Below, piece by piece: positions 39,403 to 53,686 of a DNA stretch of 64,000 bases; positions within the stretch are counted from its first letter, which is position 1; each line of letters begins with the position of its first letter. The notes beneath the pieces were generated by a model. It did not search any database and was not told the DNA's origin. It saw only the letters and a list, made by a program, of their open reading frames with translations. Source of the stretch: Octopus bimaculoides (Eukaryota); contig NC_068986.1 in the NCBI RefSeq assembly GCF_001194135.2, positions 73,725,570 through 73,789,569 of the forward strand, read 5' to 3'. Made by a program: the position numbers and the translations under genes.

Positions 39403-39406
39403 TTAT

Positions 39407-39627
39407 CTAAATGATTTGCATTTTATTTCATCTTCTGGCCAGGTCTCAAACGGAGCCCTAAGGCACATATATATTAGATGGAGAGGAAGTTCCCAAAAAT
39501 GTGGGTGGTTGATGTCAACACAACATTTGAGTCTCATAGATTGTTTGTTTCCTCAGGGATCTGGTCAAAGAATTTGTCACTGCCTTCTTTGATCATTCTT
39601 AGAACACCTACAACATCAGGGATCTTA
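39407..39627 (-). mobile_element. Second R4/Dong-type LINE 3' end in (TAA)n
   Basis: Minus frame VVGVLRMIKEGSDKFFDQIP...VVLTSTTHIFGNFLSI*; (taa)n on both sides. Confidence 0.7.
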
Positions 39628-39937
39628 TTATTATGATTATTATTAATATTATTATTATTATTATTATTATTATCATTATTATTATTATTATTATTTTTAT
39701 TATCATCATTATTATTATTATTGTTATTATTATTCTTTGCATTTGTAGTGAAGAAAAAATATAAATATTCTTAACAAGTGTATCTTAGAAGCTTTTTATT
39801 TAAATTTTGTGATGATATTATTGTTTATTATCATTTATTATTGTTAAAAGAAATTATTAGTATTATTATTTTATTATTATCCTTATCATTAATAATTTTA
39901 TCTGTCATTTTCAATTTTATTGTTTTTATTTTTGATA

Positions 39938-39969
<32 letters not shown>

Positions 39970-41129
39970 TTTATTTTTTCTTAAGGATGAGAAGAAAGAA
40001 ATTTATTTTCACTAAATCATAAAAATTAAGCAAATCAAGTTGAGACAGATTCTATTTCATATCATTTATTTTATTTTACTTTTTTTTGTTCTTTTGTTGT
40101 GGCTTGGAACATAACATTCATTCAAAGAAAACTGTGTTAGTTTAATCAATAGTTTCATGATAGGTTTTAATTGAGATAATGAAAGAAGAAATCAAATGAA
40201 AAGACTAACAATGATGTTTTGATGTCAATGGAAAAATTAGAGAGGAAATATTATCTGTATTTTACAGAAGGAGTTATGAAATAATTAGGGGTGGGGTAAG
40301 AGTGTGGATATGATTGTATAATAGCTTAGAGTATAAAGAGATTGTGTTTAGGGATATTGTGTAACAGCTGATATCCTAATGAGGTGTGATATGGTGCTGT
40401 TGTATATAATAACTTTTGACATGGTTATGTATGATTATGTTGTTACATATTACAACCGATATCAGTTACAATGAAGTATTGATTTGTACATGGAGCGATA
40501 TGGAGTCGTTTACTTGTGTAATCTCGCTTAAAGGAATAATGAGATGCATGTGTATATATGTATGTGATATACATATTATAGTGTATCAGTTACTGTATAT
40601 ATAATATATATAATGGGTTCATATAATTACTACCGGAATAATGAGACATTGTTATCATATGTTAATTAAGCTAGTATTGTGATAGAAGTTAGCAGTAAAA
40701 GTTTGCTAAAGTGATCACTTCTAAGAATACAAAGAGAAAATTATGACTAAACAGAACATTGCTATAAATAATCTCTCTTTCTCAGTAATATTGTATTTTA
40801 TAGTCAATGCTTCCTACCAGGAAATAGAAACAGATCTATTATTTTCTCTATTGTTTCCATCTTTTTTCTTTCTTTCTTTCTCTCGTGTTATTTGTTGAAG
40901 TGTTTGGGCCTGGTTCTGAAAGCTTGCAAAACACTTGGCAGTTTTATAGTGCTCCTGCTGCCTACATTGGTAATCTAAAACAGCAGTCCCCAGTTTATTT
41001 ATTTATTTATTTTTTTGCACCATGGACTGGTTTCATGCAAGACAGTTTTCTTATATCCCAGGTTATGAAACATAACAAAAATAAAATAAATTGCATAATA
41101 CATAATTTAATTATTACATTATCGTCGTC

Positions 41130-41400
41130 GTCGTCGTCGTCGTCATCATCACCATCAACATTTAACATCCATGTTCCATGCTGACGTGGGTTGGATGGTT
41201 TAACAGGAAGTGGCACCCAGCTCTGCTGTCTCTGTTTTGGTATGTTATTTTCTTTCATATAATGGCAGAGTACCCTTCCTAATGCCACCCACCTTACAGA
41301 GTGTACTGGGTGATGTTTATGTGATGTGACATCAGCAACAGTATAGACCTCCCCCCACCTCACCCCAAGTAACTTGCAGGACAAGACCAAACCTCCCACT
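41130..41400 (-). mobile_element. Family X retroposon (degraded)
   Basis: tttaacatccatgttccatgc...cccttcctaatgcc. Confidence 0.6.
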
Positions 41401-41480
41401 CAATTAAGGGGAGTAGTATTGAGTGCAGAAAAGGTCTCTTGCATTACATATAATACAAAATCACCTTGCAAACTATGATA

Positions 41481-41853
41481 TTCTTTTATTTGTTTCAGTC
41501 ATTTTGACTGTGGCCATGCTAGATACCACTTTTAGTTGAGCAAATTGACCGCAGAATTTGTTCTCTGTAGGCCTAGTATTTATTCTATCGGTCTCTTTTG
41601 TCAAGCCACTAAGATATGTGGACGCGAACGCACCAGCATCGGTTGTCAAGCGATGATGTGGGGTACAAACACAGGCACACACATACATATACGATGGGTT
41701 TCTTTCAGTTTTTTTTTCCTACCAAATCCACTCACAAGGCTTTGGTAGGCCTGAGGCTATAGTAGAAGACACTTGCTCAAGGTGCCATGCAGTGGGACTA
41801 AACCTGGAATCATGTGGCTGGTAAGCAAGCTACTTACCACACAGCCACTCCTA
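41481..41853 (-). mobile_element. tRNA-headed SINE, family A
   Basis: Full reverse-complement copy. Confidence 0.85.
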
Positions 41854-42196
41854 GTCAATAAAACTGAATTAAAATTGTAACATTTATTCTTTCTTATCTT
41901 TGGCTTGGTTCATTTGCAGCCCAATAGTTGGGGACCTTGATCTAGAAAAGTGATTATTCCTAGCTTTATTAACAGTTAATTATTTTTGCAGAGGACACAC
42001 TGTATAACACCAGTAACAAGACATGAATCATAGACTTTTAGTCAGTATCTGGATGACACTTCACCAGTCACAGTTTTCCTGCCACTATGTGTAATGTATC
42101 TTTTATCCTTTACCTGTTTCATTCATTAGACTGCGACCATGCTAGGGCACCACCTTGAATTTTTAGTCGAATGAATTGAACCAAGTACTTAATTTT

Positions 42197-42253
<57 letters not shown>

Positions 42254-43019
42254 TATGTATATATTTCTAAGCCTGTGAGTTTTTTATATTTTTGTTTATA
42301 CCTCATTTCTGCTTGAGAACTAGTGTTAGCTTGTTTGTATTGCCCATGATTTAACAGTTCAACAAAATAGACTGACAGAATAATTATCAGGTATTAAAAA
42401 AAAAAAGTACTTGAGTTGATTGGTTTGATGAAAACCCTTCAATCACTGCAATCCAATCACTGAAACATGTAAAGATAAAAGATATTGTTTAGCTTTTGCT
42501 TTATATCAGTGATAGATCTGCAGATACAATTCCTATGTATAAAATTGGCAAATAGGCGATGCCTAGCAAGAAGCTACTTCAACACATCTGTTGAGCGTTT
42601 TATGTCATATGTATGAATTCCTTCACACATAATTGCATATGCATGCATTCACATGCATGCACATGTGTTCCAGTTGGTAGGCTGACAGTACACTTTGAAG
42701 CTGTATATTTTGCATCATACCTGTAAATATCATAGCATAATCAATCAGAGATGTGAGCTAATCGATAATTAAAAACTAAAGAACTCAAGTTAAACTCATC
42801 CTTATCCCCCTCTCTCTCTCTCTTTCTTTGTCACTTTCTGTATGTCTCATTCCTCATTTCTCAGCTTGTGGTCAGTTTGTAGATTAGAAAGTTGAGATTA
42901 TGAGTAATACTTATGCATTTAATGTAAAAACTGAAGTGTTAGAGATTAACCTTTTTAGGAACAATTAGGAATGAGAAGAATTTAACAGTGTGGTGGTCTT
43001 CATAATAGTAGATTATGGT

Positions 43020-43412
43020 CTCACAGAGGCAGTATGGCTGATGCTGGTGTCATGTAACTAAGACTAATGCTGGCGGTACATAAAAAACACCTTTTGAGCA
43101 TTGGGCCTCACAGAGGCAATGACAAATGACCAAGACCTTTGGCAATATGCTGTGCTTGAGTAGAAGATCCATCAAACCAAGTGAAATCGTAGTGGTGGCA
43201 GATACTGGTGTCAGGCAACTGGTACCTGTGCTGGTGGCATGTAAAAACACCCATTACACTCTTGGAGTGGTTGGAGTTAGGAAGATCATCTAACCATAGA
43301 AACCATGCCAAATCAGACGACTCTGGTGCAGCCTTCCAGCTTACCAGCCCTGGTCAAAACGTCCAACCTATGCCAGCATGGACAATGGGTGTCAAATGAT
43401 GATGATGATGAT
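43020..43412 (+). mobile_element. Family X retroposon, long version
   Basis: Two gtaaaaacac modules, ggagttaggaagatcatc, catggacaatgggtgtcaaat(gat)n. Confidence 0.7.
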
Positions 43413-43889
43413 TTGAAGAATCACTCTCAGTTCATAAAACTAGCTTTTATCTTTTATCTTTTGCTTGTTTAAGTCATTGGACTGCAGCCACATTGGAAGG
43501 TTTCCATTGAATAAATTAAATTCAGTAGGTACTTTGTTTTTGCTTTTGATGTATGTCAGTAGAGGCTAAAGTTCCAATGGTAGCTCTTGCAGTAGGTTTC
43601 TACGGAGAAAGAAGCAGACTTTATGAAAACTAAAGCCTTTCTTTTTTTAAATGACCAATCCGTTTTCTTCACTAAAGCATTCACCATTTTCTTTTGATTC
43701 ATACTGATCCCTCTCTTGATTCCTTGCCTCTTGGTTAAACACTTTTAAGCTAAGAATTATCTGGTCTCAGAGCCCCTGGTGTCTGTTTTTGTGTAAATAT
43801 TTCAGGTATTCCTGTAATGAAGAGTAGGTCCAGTAGGCATTCAGGTTGGTCTAATACATTCATCTCTCTCTGACAGGAAAGACCAGTGT

Positions 43890-44150
43890 GTGCATGTCTG
43901 AAATAAGCCCGTCATATATATGTGTATGTGTGTGTGTGTGTGTGTTTGTGTGTCTGTGTTTGTCCCTCGACATTGCTTGACAACTGATGCTGGTGTGTTT
44001 ACATCCCCGTAACTTAGCAGTTCGACAAAAGACACCGATAGAATAAGTACTAGGCTTACAAAGAATAAGTCCTGGGGTTGATTTCTTCGGCTAAAGGCGG
44101 TGCCCCAGCAAGGCTGCAGTCAAATGACTGAAACAAGTAAAAGAGTAAAA
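43890..44150 (+). mobile_element. Family A SINE 3' half
   Basis: gcccgtcatatata...gactgaaacaagtaaaagag. Confidence 0.8.
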
Positions 44151-44339
44151 AAAGAGATATAACTATATGAAAATATAGTTGTATATTTTTATATATCTAT
44201 ATTTACGAGTGTTTGTGTGTGTGTTGATAGGTTTGCTTGTGTACACTTATTCATATGTATATTCATCATTGTCATTACCATCATCATCAGATTAATGTTC
44301 ATGTTTCCATGCTTGCATGTGTTGGACATGGTTTATTGA

Positions 44340-44987
44340 GATATACGCATGCACACACACACACATACACACACACATACACACACGCACACACAAACAC
44401 ACACACACACATACTTTTCTATATTCATGCATGTATACTTCCAAAAATATCTCAATATACACATGTATTTACACACACACACACACACTTTCTCTCTCTC
44501 ACACACATACACACCACAGACACATACACACACACATATACAATTTCACACACATATACATCACAGACACACATACACACAGTCACACACACACACCCAT
44601 ACACACACACACAAAGATTACAAACACACCACACACAATCACACACACACATACACACAGACCACACACAATGACATGAACACACACACAAACATCACAC
44701 AAACACGCAGACAAAACACATACACACACAAACAATCATACACACACATGAACAGACACACACACACACACACACATGCACATCACACAGACACACGTCA
44801 ATACACATGACAGGTTCTGTCTCTGAAATTCATTCACAAGACTTTTGTTGGCCCAGAGCTGTTATAGAAGACACTTGCCCCAAGTGCCATGTACTGGAAC
44901 TGGACCCCAAACTATGATTGGAAAACAAGCTTCTTCACCACACAATCTGTGCCTATGTCTCTATAGTCATAGATAACTGTTTGTTAT

Positions 44988-45023
<36 letters not shown>

Positions 45024-45793
45024 ACGCACACTCACAGACACATATACACATACACACAGACACAGGCACACACATAGAAACACATACACACAGACAGACC
45101 ACACACACAGGCACACACAGACACACACACAGACACACACGCATACACACACACAGACACAGGCGCACACACACACACATACACACAGACTTACACACAC
45201 AGACATACACACAACCAGACACATACACACAGAGACACAGAGACACAGGCACACACACAGAGACATACACACAGATACACACACAGACAGAAACATACAC
45301 ACACTCACACACATACAGACACACACACACATACACACATACACCCACACACACATACACACACACACTGTTGCACATGTACCTCTGTCTATTCGTGACT
45401 ACATCTATAAATGCCTATGAGCTTGTGTATTTCTCAATGTAAAACATGTAGCACTGTTGAAGATGCATGAAATGAAATGCAACACAACAATAATGGCAAA
45501 AACAACAACAGAGTAACAATAAACAATAACAATAAAAAAATCTAAACATCAATGATAACATGCCAGCTGGCTAGATTTTTTTTTCTCCTTCCCTGCATTT
45601 TAATTAGTTTATTCATTACCACCTGTCTATCTGTCTGTCTGTCTGTCTGTCACCATTTGTACACTTAACTTACTCACACACATACATACTTACATGCACA
45701 TACACAATCACATGTATGCATACTCCCAAATACATGTCTTCACATACACATGTACTTACACACACACACACACACACACTCTCTCTCTCTCTG

Positions 45794-45829
<36 letters not shown>

Positions 45830-46245
45830 ACTCTCTCTCACGCACACACACAAACTCAAGCACACTCTCTCTCTCTCTCTCTCTCTCACACATACACACT
45901 CTCTCTCATGCACACACTCACTCTCTTTCTCACATACACACTCACTCTCTCTCTCTCACACACACACTCACACTCTCTCTCACACTCACACACACATACA
46001 CTCTCACATTCTCTTTCTCTCTCACACTCTCTCTCTCACACACACACATTCACTCTCTCTAGATTTCTCTCTCTCTCTCACACACACACACACATTCATT
46101 CTCTCTAGATTTCTCTCTCTCTCACACACACACACATTCACTCTCTCTAGATTTCTCCCTCTCTCTCTCACACACACATTCACTCTCTCTAGATTTCTCT
46201 CTCTCTCTCACAGACACACACACACACACACACACATACATACAT
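44340..46245. repeat. Cryptic (CA)/(CT) microsatellite fields, including four ctctagatttctc-anchored ~42-46-bp units (46048-46213)
   Basis: Direct inspection; explains the HT/LS ORFs. Confidence 0.9.
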
Positions 46246-46499
46246 ACATTTCCATACATACCTCTGTACATATACCTCCACACATACCTCTGTACCTCCA
46301 CTTGCCTTCCCTACATGCATTTATATTTTTTTTTATCAAATCTAATGGGAGAAATAGAAAATATTTCCAAATCTGTAATTCAGTTTTCCAAAACGATATT
46401 GAGATTCCTGTAGAACAGAGAATCATTAGCAGACAGCGGAGAGATTCCAGAGAGACAGATATTATCATAATAGGTTACTCCTGTTAGTTGGTTTAATCT

Positions 46500-46815
46500 T
46501 GTGTTGAACAGGTGTCTCTGTAGTGTTACCATTGTTTTCACCGCCATCGCTGCCACCGCCACCAAAACCACTACCACCACCACCATCATCATCATCACTC
46601 TTGCTACCACCACAATCACCACCATCATATTTTCCATCACTGCTAACAACATCGTCATCATCACTTCCACTTGCATTGCTTCCAATGATGCTGCATTGCT
46701 ACTGCTGTTGTCACTACCACCACCACCACCACCACCACCGTCACCACTACCACCACCATCAATATTCTCGTCATCACCGTTACTGTCGTCATCATCATCA
46801 TCATCATCATCATTT
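46500..46815. repeat. Compound (CAC)/(CAT) trinucleotide low-complexity tract
   Basis: Direct inspection. Confidence 0.85.
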
Positions 46816-47104
46816 CTCTGGCAAATGGAAATTGAAAGAAACCTACCATGTGTGTATATGTGTTTGTTTCCCCCCACCACCACTGTTTGACAACCACTGT
46901 TGGTTTATTTATGTCCCTGTAACTTAATGGTTTGGCAAAAAAATAGAATAAGCATCAGTCTCAAAGAAAAAAAAAACCCAAAAAACTTAAGTACTGGTTT
47001 TGATTCATTTGACAAAAATTCTTAAAAGTGGTGCCCCAGTGTGGCCACAGTCTAATGACTGAAACAAATAAAAGAAAAGTAAAAGAAATCTTGTCTGTCA
47101 GTCT

Positions 47105-47885
47105 GCTGTAATCTCACTGCACATTTGTCTCTCAGTATAAAATTCCTGCCTACTCCTTATTTGTATATCAAGCATGGGCATTGCTTAGAAAGCAATTGAT
47201 TCCTGTCTTCTATCATGTTAATTAATACAATTGTCCAAGCTAGATATACTTCAAGACTTCTCCATTCTAGGCTTTGCTTTTTGATTTGGAATTACTTCTA
47301 TAAAGTTTCAGATTCAACTCCGAGAGTTAGGTTATTAGCATACTGGAGGTCCTACTGAGAGCTAGTCTTAAACTCCTTTGATATGGCTTGGAGAACTATA
47401 ATACAGTTGTGGCCGTAAGTTTGGAACATCAGTCTGAAAATTCGAATTTTTATATTAAATACCCAAGGTTATATTCAATTTGCAATATATTATTACTTAG
47501 TCAAAAGTTTGGAACATAGGTCTGAAAATTCAAATTTTTATATTAAATGCCCAAATATATACATTGTTCTATATATCTGAATTGAATTGAACTTGGGCGT
47601 AACAATTTTAATTCTTAAAAAAATGTTCCAAGCTTTTGGCCATGACTGTAAACTGTAGTGAGCTGAGAACTGAGCCCTGATGGATACTTGCCTGTACTCT
47701 AAATTCTTTGATAAGTTCATTGTAACTCTCACTTTGCTGTACATGGTTTGCATGACTCTCCTTAGAAATTCATCTACACTGAGTTTACTGCATAACCATT
47801 AGTAGAGTACAGAGTGTGGTACCCTGTCAAAGGCTTTCTATAGGTCAGTGTCTTAGTATATTGGCTAAGCTTTATCTAAGAGTAT
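47105..47885 (-). pseudogene. RTE-clade LINE reverse transcriptase fragment
   Basis: Minus-strand DL*KAFDRVPH, (frameshift) HQGSVLSSLQFIIVLQAI, LQYANNL (degraded YADDL), CPC....GVGRN; contains stops and frameshifts. Confidence 0.85.
47404..47648. mobile_element. Tc1-type MITE with TA target-site duplication
   Basis: TA|cagttgtggccgtaagtttggaacat ... atgttccaagcttttggccatgactg|TA; internal ~50-bp direct duplication. Confidence 0.85.
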
Positions 47886-48261
47886 TTCCTGTAGTTGTCT
47901 CTCATATGTATATATATAATACAAATAATAAATGAGTATATGCATATATACGTACATGTATGTACATACCTACATCTACATGTATATATAGATGCATATC
48001 TGGGTACAGGATGTTGCAAAAAAAAAGTGGACAAAATGATAAACAGAGTACAGAAAACACACAGGCCACATAGAGAACATTTCCTTCGTCAGCTGCCACC
48101 ATTCTAAAACTAAGCATTTCGAAGAGTTAGGGAAGGACACATCGTTAGAATGGCTCTTCCCACGGACCACAAATTAAATTTGTACCATGGAGGAATGTAG
48201 TGGCAGACAGAAAACAAGACAGGAAAATGAAACAGTGAAAATAAACAAAAAAGGCTATACG

Positions 48262-48400
48262 GCCAGAGGGCATCCAGCTGTAGAAACTCTGCCAAATTAG
48301 ATTGGAGCCTGGTGTTGCCATCCGGTTTCACCAGTCCTCAGTCAAATCGTCCAACCCCTGCTAGCATGGAAAGCGGACGTTAAACGATGATGATGATGAT
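48262..48400 (+). mobile_element. Family X retroposon 3' part
   Basis: ggcatccagctgtagaaactctgcc...catggaaagcggacgttaaacgatgat. Confidence 0.8.
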
Positions 48401-49813
48401 ACACATGTTCACACATATACACCATTTAAACACACGTATACACATTCCCAAATACACACTCACACTGACATTAACATATAACTATATTGACTCCTCTTTC
48501 TACGTGCATTTTCTACTATGAATATTTTCTTCTTTATTGCTTCCATTCAATTGGTTATGGCTAGGCTGGTGTGCCTCCTTCAGTGACTTTTAAATTATTA
48601 CATAGAATGTGATAATTTCACTGATATGTATTTTGTCAATGTTGTAAGGGATAAAAGGGATTTAACACAAACAGAACTAAATTACACAACATATTTGTTT
48701 AACAGGACGATCTTGTTTATCCCATACCGATGTATACACATTATATATTTAAACATCCTTTAAATTTCAACACACACACAAAACTTTGGTCAGACTAAGG
48801 TTATGATAAAGGATACATGCCAAAGTTGCCATGCAGTGAGATTAAACCCAGAACCATGTGATTATGAAGAGAAATGTTTTACTACGTTACTGTACTCCTG
48901 TCCCTGTGAGCACATCCTCTCTCTCTATCTCTTTCTCACCACTCTCGTACTCACACCTCAAAATAACTGCAGGATTAATCCCTAGTCTACTCCATTGAAC
49001 TATAAATGCCTGTAAACTAATTTCTGAATAACTGCTATTAGCTGACCTCAGCTATGATTCTCACCTGCTTGTAAGGTGAATAGATTATATTTTAGAAAGA
49101 CCTGACAAATTTATGGAATACAACCATTCAGAACAGCTGAAGTTAGACTTGTAGTTGAGCACACTGGAGACATTATAATATTTTCTATTAGAGTTTTGAA
49201 CACATTAGTCATTTTTTTATATTCTGCACCTAACTCTTTACATAATAATCATAATGTCAGTTAACATAGATGCTTCAATCTATACTACTGGCTCAGTAGT
49301 ACCTCTGTAGTTGCGTTTTATGTGCGCTTTTCACTTTCTGAGGAAGAGTTCCTATTCTGTCTTTCTCTATCTTTGTCCCATTCTATCTACCACTTTGTAG
49401 TTCATTTAGAGAACCTCTACAGCACCAGCCTAGATATATGGTTAACAAATTTGCTTTGTAATAACATGGCTCCAGGTTCAATCTCACTGTGTATAATCAT
49501 GGACAAGCATCACCTTCATGTGTTCTATGGCAAGGACACAGTAACATACATACACATGCAAATATATATATATCATCATCATTCATCGTTTAGCATCTGC
49601 TTTCCATGTTGGTGAAGGTTAAGCAGTTTAACTGAAAGTGGTAAGCCGGTGAGCTGCATCAGGTTCCAATCTGATTTGGCATGGTTTCTATGGCATGGTT
49701 TTTATGGCTGGATACCATTCCTAATATATATATTGACAAATCATGTGTGTTAGTAGAAGAGATAGACCTCAGTATTGTTGGAAATAGAGAGCTATTTTTA
49801 TAGAATGGTACAG

Positions 49814-49978
49814 AAATTATTATTTCTTATATTTAATTGTTTATGTTATGATTTTACTTACTCCGTGAACCCACATGGGGATTAACACATACTTCAACAA
49901 ATTATTATTTCTTATATTTAATTGTTTATGTTATGATTTTATTTACTCCATGTACCCAGACCTTGTGGACACCCTGTA
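49814..49978. repeat. ~59-bp direct duplication (period 85) next to a Tc1/mariner-like terminus
   Basis: aaattattatttcttatattt... occurs twice; ends gtggacaccctg|ta. Confidence 0.75.
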
Positions 49979-51349
49979 GAGTATGGAGACACGCATACAA
50001 GACTTGAATTTTTTATGTCCTTGATCTGAAGATTGCTGCACTTCTTCAGACAGCTGAAGAAGTGAAGTGATCATTATATCATTGACATAGAAACTTGAAG
50101 TTCTGCATGTGAGTCAACATAACTATACCATTTAATAAATATATATATCTATGTATGTATATACTGATACACACATGCACATGCACACACACATATGATA
50201 GGGTTCTTTCAGTTTCTGTCTTCCAAATCCACTTGCAAGGCTTTGGTCATTTCTGGATTATCTGGATTATAGTAGAAGTCTCTTGTGCAAGGTGCTACAC
50301 TGGAAGACTGAATCCAAAACCACATAGCTGGAAAGTATGCTTCTTGCTACACAGCCACACTGTGTTTGTTATTCTGACACTGAACTCCTCTTTTACCCAT
50401 GATTTAAAAGCAAATATAATCTAAAGATTGTAAGGAAGTTAGATTTGGATTTCTGGTCGAAAAAAAAAAAATAAATAAAAGAAACATGACCTGAATACTT
50501 TTGGTATCAAAATAAGAAGGAAAAGATTTCCTGATTGAATCTTTGCTGTTACCCAAAGAAGACAGAATCAAAATAATTGTATATGCTGGATTGGAAATAA
50601 TTACAGACTTACTGTGTAAATGTGAGAATGAATTAATAGGACAGCGGGTGTCATCAAAAAGGTTTATGGTATAGTAGTGAAGATGGTGGTGGGGCATGTT
50701 ATCGACAAAAGTGTTATGGTTCCATCCCCATATGTCTTTCATTTTTATGTTTTATATTTCTTTGTTGTTTTACTTTCAGACTGGTTTTGTATATCTACAA
50801 AAACATTCTGTTTGAAAAATGGTAAAGGGAATGTTCGACAAGAAATTATAATGTTCTTTGTTAGAAGTTGTAAAGAAATCTGTGAAAATTTATTCAATGC
50901 TTGAAGGAAAAAAATAAGGCAAAAAAAAAAATAAAAGCAAGGTAGAGAGAAAAAAGTGTTGTGAATTGTTTGGTTTAAATAGAGATAATTCTTTAAAAAA
51001 AAATCGTTAATATAGATACCAAAAAAAAAAAAAAGAAAAAGAGAAAGAAGAATGGTAAAGGAAAATTTAAAAAAAAAAGAAATTAAAGCAAAAACGAAAA
51101 AAGAAAGCTGTTGTTAAAACTTCTGCTCCAATTTATAGTAAATCAGAACCATTAAATGTTTCGATAGATGTTTTGTATAAATGGGTTAGGTTACTCCATA
51201 TTGCGTTTAACACTGCATGCAGTTGCAAAAGTGAGCAGGTGCTGAATTCTATTTACCAAACACACCGAGATGATTCCGCAGAGACTTTGTGAACAAGATG
51301 GAGAGACAAAAGAAGAATGATGATATCTTAATGTCTGAAATGAAACAGA

Positions 51350-51445
<96 letters not shown>

Positions 51446-51532
51446 TTGTGATGTCTATATAGCTTTGTTTATGTGTTTATATTTATTTGTCATGTGTGTG
51501 TGTATGTATGTATGTGCATATATATATGTATG

Positions 51533-51573
<41 letters not shown>

Positions 51574-52861
51574 AAATAGTTTTGTTTCCATATGTATGTT
51601 ATTTGTGTTGTCTACATACCCTTGTTTATATGAATATATATATTTGTCTTTATATAGCTTTGTTACGGATTTCTTTATCACTCTATCCATGTACATAGTG
51701 ATATGTATGCATATGTATAAATGTGTATATATAAATAGCAAATATGTATACATATGTATGTATGTGAATGTATTCTTATATGTAAAACTATATATTGATG
51801 TATATTTATAATATGCTTGTATGTAAATAGATATATGTACATAAACGTGTATCTGTCTGTACATGTGTATATGCATGTATGTATATGTGCGTATGTATAT
51901 GTATGTAAATGTGCATTTGTATCTATATATGGAATAATTCTATTCAATCATATAAATGACATTCATTTACAGTTTTGTTTTTTTGCGATTCAAATAAAAA
52001 TTCCTCTATGGAATTTAACAAAATAGTCTAATTTTATGTTAATTTGAATGTCTGGAACAAATTTCCCAAGATTTTGTAAGTAAATAATTTATAATCCTGA
52101 ACCAGAGAAAATAACTTTTAGTAAACTTATGCTGTGAACACAATATTGAGGCCAATGGTGGTATTTTCAGTAATATATATGTGTTAAGGTAGAGTAAATT
52201 CTTGAACCCTGTTGCAGACAAACGTTCTAATGTTGGTGGTAAGATAAATTACACCCACTCCACATTGTGAAGAAGTCTGTGACAGGGGACAGAAACCACA
52301 TACTTTAGAAGAAAGAAACATGACAGTCAAAGCGTCAAAATAACTGGTGCTCGTTAACACTGTGTGGGTATGCCAGATGATGAAGGTCAGATGATGAGTA
52401 GTGAGAGAGTGAGAAACTTGTCCAACCCATAATAACTTGGAAAAAAACCAAATGTAAAATGATGACAATGTTGATGATGTAGTCAAGAGAGATATTTGCT
52501 GAGTGAGCTGTGATGTTAAGGGACTGAATGCCTAATTGCACGTTCAGATCTTAATTTTGTTTCAGTGTTATATCCTTAAGCATGGCATTTAACTCTGCTT
52601 ATTTGAGTTTTCTTGGAAGAACACCTTCTTGTATGTGAGTACACACACACACACACACACACACACAACCTTCAACTCTTTCTAGCTCAAAGGGTTTTTC
52701 AACCCAATGTGTACTTACTATTATTTATAGCTTTATGTGATATGCTTCAAGATCCACTGTTCCAAAACAATTATTCCATGTTCTCTTGAAAGTTTATAAA
52801 ATTCTCATGATGTCAACTGTATATGTGTGTGTGTGTTTGACACTGTGTATGTGTATGGAGT

Positions 52862-53244
52862 GGAGGCACAATGGCCCAGTAGTTAGGGCAGCGGACTCGC
52901 GGTCATAGGATCGCAGTTTCGATTCCCAGACCAGGCGTTGTGAGTGTTTATTGAGCAAAAACACCTAAAGCTCAAAGAGGCCCCGGCAGGGGATGGTGGC
53001 GAACCCTGCTGTACTCTTTCACCACAACTTTCTCTCACTCTTACTTCCTGTTTCTGTTGTGCCTGTAATTCAAAGGGTCAGCCTTGTCACACTCTGTGTC
53101 ACGCTGAATATCCCCGAGAACTATGTTAAGGGTACACGTGTCTGTGGAGTGCTCAGCCACTTGCACATTAATTTCACGAGCAGGCTGTTCCGTTGATCGG
53201 ATCAACTGGAACCCTCGACGTCGTAAGCGACGGAGTGCCAACAA
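52862..53244 (+). mobile_element. tRNA-headed SINE, family D
   Basis: A box tggcccagtag and B box gtttcgattcc, followed by a non-tRNA body ending gagtgccaacaa; not a functional tRNA. Confidence 0.8.
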
Positions 53245-53686
53245 GGTGTATGGAACTGAACCTAAAACTGTGTGGTTAAGAAACAGACATTTTTTTCCAC
53301 ACAACCATCCTTATGCCTATGAAAATAAATATGGAATGCTTCACAAACTTGTGTACCTTTCTTGTGCAGGAATTATGCTAATCTTCTCTGTATCATTCCA
53401 ATTTTAGTATATGTGCCACTAAAACTAGTGCAGGTTATTGCCATATATTTGAAGATATTTTGATTATAGTTTCAGCTGGATTTAGTGATTGGTTATATTA
53501 TCTGTTCTATGTTGATATTTTTTTGGGCTTCTACTCTGGTTATACCTATGTAAATATAATTGATTACATTACAGTGTTGTTATTATATGTTGATATAATT
53601 GTTCTGTAAACTTCAAAGGACATGTGAGATTTCATAGTTAGCTCCAGTTTGATGATGACAGGTGAACAAAGTGAGAAACCTGACTA

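Noticed and set aside
3553-49100. Many 11-50-nt exon-like segments (e.g. 3553-3601, 7723-7807, ~12048, 24535-24545, ~42720, ~49065)
   Set aside because: Such short GT-AG-bounded open segments appear on both strands at chance frequency, and some have stops in all frames.
50570-50600. GPCR NPxxY-like motif (NPAY)
   Set aside because: The spacing is wrong and there are no preceding transmembrane helices.
52862-52935. tRNA gene
   Set aside because: A and B boxes are present but there is no convincing cloverleaf or terminator; it continues into a SINE body.
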